Made by a program: the position numbers and the translations under genes. DNA of 64,000 nucleotides from Octopus vulgaris (taxonomy: Eukaryota), in NCBI GenBank assembly GCA_951406725.2, contig OX597817.1:168826001-168890000 (forward strand), read 5' to 3'. Below, piece after piece: positions 53,933 through 64,000 of the stretch. Below the pieces are notes generated by a model, which saw only the letters and a program-made list of their open reading frames with translations, had not been told where the DNA came from and ran no database searches. Positions within the stretch are counted from its first letter, which is position 1. The number at the start of each line of letters is the position of its first letter.

Positions 53933-54899
53933 GGCAGCGACCTGGCAGACACGTTAGCATGCCAGGTGAAATGCTGAGCAGTATTTCGTCTGTCGTTATG
54001 TTCCGAGTTCGAATTCTGCCGAGGTCGACTTTGCCTTTCATCCTTTTGGGGTCGATTAAATAAGTACCAGTTATGCACTGGGGTCGATATAATCGACTTC
54101 ATCCGTTTGTCTGTCCTTGTTTGTCCTCTCTGTGTTTAGCCCCTTGTGGGTAGTAAAGAAATAGGTATTTCGTCTGCTGTTACGTTCTGAGTTCAAATTC
54201 TGCCGAGGTCGACTTTGCCTTTCATCCTTTTGGGGTCGATTAAATAAGTACCAGTTACGCACTGGGGTCAATATAATCGACTTTATCCGTTTGTCTGTCC
54301 TTGTTTGTCCTCTCTGTGTTTAGCCCCTTGTGGGTAGTAAAGAAATAGGTATTTCGTCTGCTGTTACGTTCTGAGTTCAAATTCTGCCGAGGTCAACTTT
54401 GCCTTTCATCCTTTTGGGGTCGATTAAATAAGTACCAGTTACGCACTGGGGTCGACATAATCGACTTCATCCGTTTGTCTGTCCTTGTTTGTCCTCTCTG
54501 TGTTTAGCCCCTTGTAAGTAGTAAAGAAATAGGTATCTTGTCTGCTGTTACATTCTGAGTTCAAATTCTGCCGAGGTCGACTTTGCCTTTCATCCTTTCG
54601 GGGTCGATTAAATAAGTACCAGTTACGCACTGGGGGTCAATATAATCGACTTTATCCGTTTGTCTGTCCTTGTTTGTCCTCTCTGTGTTTAGCCCCTTGT
54701 GGGTAGTAAAGAAATAGGTATTTCGACTGCCGTTACGTTCTGAGTTCAAATTCTGCCGAGGTTGACTTTGCCTTTCATCCTTTCGGGTCGATTAAATAAG
54801 TGCCAGTTATGCACTGAAGTCGATGTAATCAACTTAATACCTCTGTCTCTCCTTGTTTGTCCCTTCTGTGTTTAGCCCTTTGTGGGTAGTAAAGAAATA
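53933..54899 (+). mobile_element. SINE family B, one head plus five ~184-bp bodies
   Basis: Units restart at 54164, 54348, 54532 and 54717; flanked by a ~108-bp direct repeat. Confidence 0.95.
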
Positions 54900-55189
54900 T
54901 TATAATAAAGAAATGTTGATGCTGATAACTGTGGTTATGGGAGGCAAGTACTGTTAGGAATGATGATGGTGGGAGTGGTTTCAATAGTGGTATTAGCTAT
55001 AGTACCATAAATCTGTGATTACTGTTGTTTTCTCTTGGTCTGTCTGTGTGAGCAAACTTATGATCAAAGGTATTCTCTGTGATTCATCATATCTTTTTCT
55101 GCAATTAAAACTGCATTGTTTAACCCTTTTGATACCAACCCAGCTGAAACAGCCTCTGTCCCTGCAGTACAAATGTCTTGTTTTATATT

Positions 55190-56695
<1,506 letters not shown>

Positions 56696-57419
56696 GACAG
56701 GCTTCTTTCAGTTTCCGTCTACCAAATCCACTCACAAGGCATTGGTCGGCCCGAGGCTATAGTAGAAGACACTTGCCCAAGGTGCCACGCAGTAGGACTG
56801 AACCCGGAACCATGTGGTTGGTTAGCAAGCTACTTACCACACAGCCACTCCTGCGCCTATTTGGATATTATTTATATCTTGTTGGTTTCATGAGATCTCA
56901 TTCTGATGTACATATAAAACCTTCCATAGCCTTTCTTCGAACAAGCAACATAGCCATGCCAGCACCAACTCGCAGCTTTATCCTCAGTCAAGCATTCTAG
57001 ATAACATCCAAAAGCAGACCTTTTCATTGACTGGCAATGATTCAATCTCATCACCACAACAACTGCTAGCTCACAGACATGTTGTTTACTCTCACTGTCT
57101 CCTGTACCACTACTATAATGGCCTCTGCTCCTCTTAACTGGTGAGCTACTTACTTCACCTTGCCCAACCTCAGGAAAAACACGTTTCTTCCATTTGTCGT
57201 CCCTGTTGTGTGTCATCTTCTTGATCAGGTATTAATTACTTTGTCTAGCCCTTTCACATCTCCCCTTGGGATTCCCTCTTCACCCATATTTTACATTCAA
57301 ATTTCAACTGCTAGGTATTCAAAATAAAGCATCAATGAAGAAAACGTTATCATTTTGGGAGATCATGGACCATGAGTGCTATCCCTTATTTGATTGTTAA
57401 CTAAGAGAGTACAGGATTC

Positions 57420-57922
57420 AAGCCTCTTCTCCTTATCTCCTCAAAGACATACAGCATCTCGAAAGAGTCCAGAAGCTGGCTACCCGCATGGTTCATGGTC
57501 TCAAGAATTTGTCTTATGAAGAAAGGCTGAAGACGCTCGACCTTTATTCTCTAGAAAAACGACGACGCCGTGGTGATCTCATTCTTGCTCACAACATCAT
57601 AAGCGGAAAGTGTAGCCTCTCAAAAGAGCTGTTCTTCACTCCTGCTCCAGAGCGTCGGCTGCGGGGTCATTCCGAAAAGCTCTATCTGTGACGATTTCAT
57701 CTCAATCAAAGGAGAGGGGCTTTCTCCGTCCGGGTTGCAGAAACGTGGAATAAGCTGCCGGACTAGATGGTGAAGATGCCGACGACCGCTCGGTTCAAAG
57801 TCTCCCTTGACCACAAGTGGCCTGAACTCTTTACATGAGCACCACCCTGTACATAACTCCTTGTCCCCATGGGGGGGGGGCTTGCTTTTTGCTTTTTGAG
57901 CCAAAAATTAACTAACTAACTA
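57420..57922 (+). mobile_element. CR1-type LINE 3' end (different family)
   Basis: PYLLKDIQHLERVQKLATRMVHGLKNLSYEERLKTLDLYSLEKRRRRGDLI...WNKLP with internal stops; (taac)n tail. Confidence 0.9.
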
Positions 57923-58504
57923 AGAAGCTCACTTTTAAACCACGTGGTTTTCAGGTTCAGTCCCACAGAATGGCACCTCTAGTAAGTGTCTTCTACTACA
58001 GCCCTGGGCCAACAAAGACATTGTGAGTGGATCTGGTTGACATAAATCTGTGAGAAAGCCTGTCATGTGTGTGTGTGTGAATGGGTGGGTGTGTAGGGGT
58101 GTGTATCTTTGTGCCTGTGTTTGTCCCTCCCACTGCTTGACTGACAGTTGGTGTTAGCTTGTTTACATGCCCTGTAACTTAGTGGTTCAGCAAAAGAGAC
58201 TGATTTAATAAGTACAAGACTTAAAAATGAGTACTGGGTTTGAGTCTGTTGAACTAAAACCCTTAAAAATAGTGCCTCAGCTGGGCCACAATCCTACGAC
58301 TGAAACAATGAATATATTTTTAAATATTGTGTGTGTGTGTGTCTGTGTGTGTGGGTGTGTCTGTGCATGCGGGTGCATGTACACCCGTACACAACCCCAA
58401 CCTTTATTGATGTTGTCAAGATGTCTCCAGTCTCTGTCTGCTCCCCTTTAACTACTTCAGTCTCTACGCCTCAACCTATCCACTTAATCCCACTCATATT
58501 TCCC

Positions 58505-58815
58505 CTTCTCCTCCTCCTCCTCCTCCTCATCATCATCATCATCATCCTCGTCCTCTTCCTCCTCCTCTTCTTCTTCTCCCTCCTCTTCTTCCTCCTCCTC
58601 TTCTTCTCTCTCCTCTTCTCCCTCCTCTTCTCCCTCCTCCTCCTCTTCTCCCTCCTCCTCTTCTTCCCCTTTCTCCTCTTCCTCCTCCCCTTTCTCTTCC
58701 TCCTCCCCTTCCTCCTCCTCTTCTTCTTCCTCCTCCACTTCCTCCTCTTCCTCTTCCTCCTCCACTTCCTCCTCTTCCTTCTCCACTTCCTCTTCCACGT
58801 CCTTCTCCTCCTCAC
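58505..58815. repeat. Long (CCT/CTT)n pyrimidine-rich tract
   Basis: About 310 bp of mostly C/T triplets; source of the spurious poly-E, poly-R and poly-L ORFs. Confidence 0.95.
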
Positions 58816-59187
58816 TCACTCACTCTTAGAAACAGAAGCCAAGTTTCCCTCAAAGCGCATCCCACCGGCTTGTAAAAAAAATAGAGTATATTGGATGAAT
58901 TGATTCTAATAACCGTAAATTAATATGGGATGGCTACATTAGGAATGTCTTTGTACATATGTTTACTGGAACAGGGCTGATCTAAGATTAATCCAAAGCA
59001 ACAACTTTAATCAATAAGTCCAATTTGTATCACAGATAGTCTACTTAATTTCATCCAAAGTCTATCCTTGTGTTCTACTGACAGCCAACTCCACATTATT
59101 TTTGTTCAGAAGACTTAATGACCATCATAAAATTCTCTTTTTCCAAGCTGTAATAATCTTCTGTATTAATGTAAAACACACTACAGC

Positions 59188-59240
<53 letters not shown>

Positions 59241-60093
59241 CACACAACTAGGTTATAAGTAATGGATTGTTTTGTAAACTGAAGCAATCCCACAGCAAAT
59301 ATTGTCTGCTGACTCATTCACTTCTGAACCAATCACACTTCTCACTTCTACTTAGCTTTGCTAAAAAGCGAATTATTCAAAGTTCTCACTCCTATGAGAA
59401 ATAATTTAGCACTTTTATTAATACTCTTTTACTCTTTTACTTGTTTCAGTCATTTTGACTGCGGCCATGCTGGAGCACCGCCTTTAGTCGAGCAAGTCGA
59501 CCCCAGGACTTATTCTTTGTAAGCCTAGTACTTATTCTGTCGGTCTCTTTTGCCGAACTGCTAAGTTACGGGATGTAAACACACCAGCATTGGTTGTCAA
59601 GCGATGTTGGAGACACACACACACACACACACAAACATATACATATATACATACATCATCATCATCATCATCGTTTAGCGTCCGCTTTCCATGCTAGCAT
59701 GGGTTGGACGGTTCAACTGGGGTCTGTGAAGCCAGAAGGCTTCATCAGGCCCAGTCAGATCTGGCAGTGTTTCTACGGCTGGATGCCCTTCCTAACGCCA
59801 ACCACTCCGTAAGTGTAGTGGGTGCTTTTTACGTGCCACCCGCACAGGTGCCAGACAGAGCTGGCAAACGGCCACGAACGGATGGTGCTTTTTATGTGCC
59901 ACCGGCACAGGGGCCAGGCGAGGCTGGCAATGGACACGAACGGATGGTGCTTTTTACGTGCCACCGGCACGAGGCCAGTCGGAGCGGCACTGGCAACGGT
60001 CGCGAACGGATGGTTCTCTTACATGCCACCGGCACTGGTAACACATCTGCAATTTCCATTGATCGATTTCGATGGGTGACATTCATTGACAAC

Positions 60094-60197
60094 TATTGCA
60101 CAATGTCAAGATGAGGAGACACCAACATGTGTGCATGTATGTGCATATTGCACAATGTCAAGATGAGGAGACACCAACATGTGTGCATGTATGTGCA
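60094..60197. repeat. 52-bp tandem duplication
   Basis: tattgcacaatgtcaagatgaggagacaccaacatgtgtgcatgtatgtgca twice. Confidence 0.9.
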
Positions 60198-61437
60198 CAC
60201 ACACATGCATGTGCACATGCGAATGTATGTATGCATGATGGAATTAAGAAAGGCATCCAACTGTAGAACTATACTAAAACAGGCAATGGAACCTAGAGTG
60301 GCTCCTAGCTTTGCCAGCTTCTGTCAAACTGTTTGCCCTATGCTAACATGGACAATAGACATTGAATGATAATGATGATGGGCTCTTTTCAGTTTATGTC
60401 AACTAGATCCACTTACAAGGGTTTGATTGGCCTGACACCTAGGTAGCAAACACTTGCCCAAAGTGCCATACAGTGGGACAGAACCCAGAGTCATCTCAGT
60501 GGGAGGGTTTCCATTGGTCAGGTTTGATCATGAATCAGAATCTCTATGAGCTGATGTGAGCAAGGATTTTTTGTAAGACAGACAGTTGCCCATTTATACA
60601 AATCTCCTCTCTCCAAGCTACAAGTGCTGTCCAAAGGAAAGACCACTGGTCCAGGGTTGATAGAGCCTAGCACCAGTGTCATCACAAACATGGCTGTTAG
60701 AATGCAAAAGGGTATCTCGTTCAACACTGTAACATCATTATCATAATTTAACATCTGTTTTCCTAGCTAGCACAGGCCGGATGGTTTGACAGGAACTGGC
60801 AAGCCAGAGAGCTGCACCAGACTCCAGTTGTCTGTTTTGGCATGATTTCCTAACAATCATTTACACATTGCAATGCTTCAAATAAATCACAATACTCTTA
60901 AAACTATGTTTGATTTTTCTTTTCTTAGAAGAAAATCTGGATTTTGCCTCAAAACATTCACTTCACTTGAAAACTTCAAAACTGCATGAATTTTACACAG
61001 GCTCATGAACTGTGGGTACAAGCACACCCACTAAAATGTTTGGGTGGGGCAATGAAAATGCTTTGAACATCCTGGGTTGGATGTGGGTTTGCACCCATTA
61101 AACAAATTTTGTTCCTGCACTTATGGAATTTTGTAATCATCAACATTATCATCATCATCACCACCACCACCATCATTGTCATCAACATTTAATGTCCATT
61201 TTCCATGCTGATATGAGTTGGATGGTTTGACAGGATTTGGCAAGTTACAGGGTTGTGTTGAATTCTAATGTCAGCTTTGGCATAATTTCTATGGTTAGAT
61301 GCCCTTCCCAATGACAACCACGTTATACATTTTACAATGTGAATATATATTACAACTAAACAAAAAAAATAAGAAGAAGAAATGTGCAAAGTAGATGTTT
61401 CAAAATAGGTAATTTTGTTAAATAAATTATATAGAAA

Positions 61438-61473
<36 letters not shown>

Positions 61474-61914
61474 AAAAATTGATTAAAAAAGCACACAATT
61501 AATTACAAGTGATGTCTGTCATTTGCAATCTTCCCTGAAAACCTACCTAGCCATTGTTCTGGTCATGTTCAAAGGGCTAGAGGGATGTATTTCTTTGCTT
61601 GGAAACAAGAGTTGGTGACAGAAAGGGCATCCAACTGTAGAAAGTTTGTCTTGACCTTGTTTTATATCCTTCCATAGGTTGGTATAGATAAATTATGCAG
61701 CAGAGGTTAAATCAATGTGTTCACATGAAGTACTTGGCGAGACTACCAAATGTTCACTGACTACTACCAACCACTATTAATAAGAGTTGGGCTAGTCCAT
61801 TCTTCCAATCCCCCAGTGGTATCAATGACTCTCGCCACAACACCCTGCAATGTGATGATAATGTTGATGATTATGTGTTTAAAATTAAAGATGTAGGGAA
61901 ACTTCTTATTTGAA

Positions 61915-61935
61915 CATTACTTAATCTATTTATAG

Positions 61936-61981
<46 letters not shown>

Positions 61982-62640
61982 GTAAAAAAATATACAAACT
62001 GGGACAAGAACGTGAAACATGTAGAAGACGACACAAAAGACACTGACGGGACATTCGAAGCCCTCAATCATCAGTCAAGAACCGGATCATCTTCGCAATT
62101 TCGGCTGATTAATCTTGAGATTGCTCCGATCTGGGCAGCCCCCAAGGGAAATCTAAGCCAAGCACATTAGATTCCTTGGAAGAAAGCCTCGAATGTATAC
62201 AACACAGGGACGGAAAACGGACGATGTTACACGAATAAAAATACGTAAAAACAATAATAACAAAACCAGGACGTCAGGACAAGCTTCTTTTCGACAGGAC
62301 GAGTTAAGTTTGGGGCTGGCTATGGAAGAGTGCCTTAAGGCCACAGGAGAACAAACAAATGTGTGTTGCCACAATGACTGCTGGATGCGAAAAGGCAGTG
62401 GTCGCTGGCTGGTCACGTGAGCACAAGAGAGAGGAGAAAGGGACAGATGAAGAGAGAAAGAAGGGGAACAAGGGAGGAGAAGAAAGAGAGGGAAAGAGAC
62501 AGATCAAGGGGAGTGCAAAGGGTGAAGGCAGAGAAATGTAGGAGAGGGGGGGAAAAAGAGACAGTGTAGTAGAGTTGTACCAATGTTAGAGAGTAATATA
62601 CTTACGTATAGAGTCAAAAAAGTGGGTACGTAGCCGCCAT
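61915..62640 (-). mobile_element. Second, diverged copy of the 25750 repeat
   Basis: Minus strand reads ggctgcccagatcggagcaatctcaagattaatcagccgaaattgcgaagatgatccggttcttgactgatgattgagggcttcgaatg, which aligns with 26169-26257. Confidence 0.65.
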
Positions 62641-62823
62641 GTATATATTTACGACGGGCTTCTTTCAGTTTCCGTCTACCAAATCCACTCATAAGGCTCT
62701 GGTCGGCCCGAGGCTATAGTAGAAGACACTTGGCCAAGGTGCCACGCTGTGGGACTGAACCCGGGACCATGTGGTTGGTAAGCAAGCTACTTACCACACA
62801 GCCACTCCTGCACCTATAATGGC

Positions 62824-62856
<33 letters not shown>

Positions 62857-64000
62857 CCTTTCTCATATCGGTACAAGGCCTGAAATTTGAGGGGAGGGGT
62901 TAGTCAATTACTTTGATCCCCCAATAATCAACTGGTACCTATCTTGTCGATCCCAGAAGGATCTCAGTATAATTTGAATCCAAAACAAAGATGGATGAAA
63001 TGCTGCCAAGCATTTTGCCCAGCTTGCTAACGATTTTGCCATCTCACCACCTTACAGTAATGGTAATGATAATAATAATAATAATCCTTTCTATAATAGG
63101 CAAAAGGCCTGAAATTTGGTGGGGAGGGGTAAGTCGGTTACATTCACTCCAGTGTGTATCCAGTACTTAATTTATCGACCACGAAAGGATGAAAGACAGA
63201 GTCGACCTCAGTGGTATTTGAACTCAGAACATAGCAACAGGCGAAATAGCGCTAAGCGTTTCAACCAGCATGCTAACGACTCTGCCAGCTTGTCACCTTG
63301 ATGATGATGATGATGCCGCCGCCACAGGTACTCCTTTGTGGTTAACAATCAAGTTGTTTCAGGTTGAGTCTCACTGTGTGGACTTTGAGCAAATGTCTTC
63401 TACTGTAGCCCAGGATCAACCAATGCCTTGTGTGGGAATTTGGTTGATGGAAACTGTGTGAATCCCATCATGTGCGTGTTTGTGTGTGTGTGTGTGTCAC
63501 TACACGACAACCAGTCCTGGTTTGTTTATATCTCTGTAAGTTAGGTTTGGCAAAAGTAACTAATAGCATAAGCAACAAACTAATACAGAATCTGTGAAAA
63601 AGATGGAAGTATTAACCATCTCTTAAGCGAATACAGTATGTCAGCACAAAAAGTGAGTTAGCACCAGCATAATGGTGTCAGTAAAGGTCAAACAGTTGCC
63701 TGATATTACCATCAATCTGTTGTAGACATGCCTAGGTTTACACAAAGTTGAGTAACTTTTGCTATGATCTTTTTAATTTCAGATTCAAATAATCTTCCCA
63801 TAATTTCACTCCAGCCTCCACAGATCTTCTATATTTAGGATCTGTATCTTACTGCCATTTAGTAGAGCACCTCTCACATATTTTATAAATACCTATTTCT
63901 TTACTACCCACAAGGGGCTACACACAGAGGGGACAAACAAGGACAGACAAAGGGATTAAGTCGATTATATCAATCCCAATGCATAACTGGTACTTAATTT

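Noticed and set aside
54164-54347. Hammerhead retrozyme in the SINE B tandem unit
   Set aside because: No CTGANGA...GAAA core on either strand of the unit.
58331-58903. Acidic, basic or hydrophobic low-complexity ORFs
   Set aside because: Readouts of a CCT/CTT triplet tract with no splice or domain support.
62085-62115. Group I intron P/Q-like words (aaattgcg, aatcagc) on the minus strand
   Set aside because: Wrong order, and no R/S (P7) elements.

Overview
AT-rich, microsatellite-rich animal genomic DNA. The tRNA-derived SINE, RTE and Penelope-like repeat complement points to an octopus (coleoid cephalopod); this is an inference, not a database result. The only host coding sequence I can support is one 66-bp exon (39868-39933, +) encoding SPRNPHQKLVKRIIALEGDNIR, which matches IMMP2L (mitochondrial inner-membrane peptidase 2) around its catalytic Lys. 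The rest of the window is therefore probably two very large introns. These contain at least four SINE families (labelled A, B, D, E here), many 5'-truncated RTE LINE ends (family C), CR1-type LINE ends, a full-length decayed Tc1, a decayed mariner, piggyBac/hAT/Tc2/mariner MITEs, a Helitron-like HINE and Penelope-like fragments. Almost all ORFs in the supplied track are repeat artefacts. Main highlights: (1) a repeat that appears to hold hammerhead core motifs in a non-canonical, pseudoknotted order, with compensatory changes between two copies; (2) type I hammerhead ribozymes in an inverted Penelope-like pair; (3) a SINE that forms head-plus-tandem-body concatemers at a fixed junction; (4) tandem H-type pseudoknot modules in an RTE 3'UTR; (5) a probable long-read fold-back assembly artefact at about 55.2-56.7 kb. 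Repeat boundaries without stated TIRs or TSDs are approximate.
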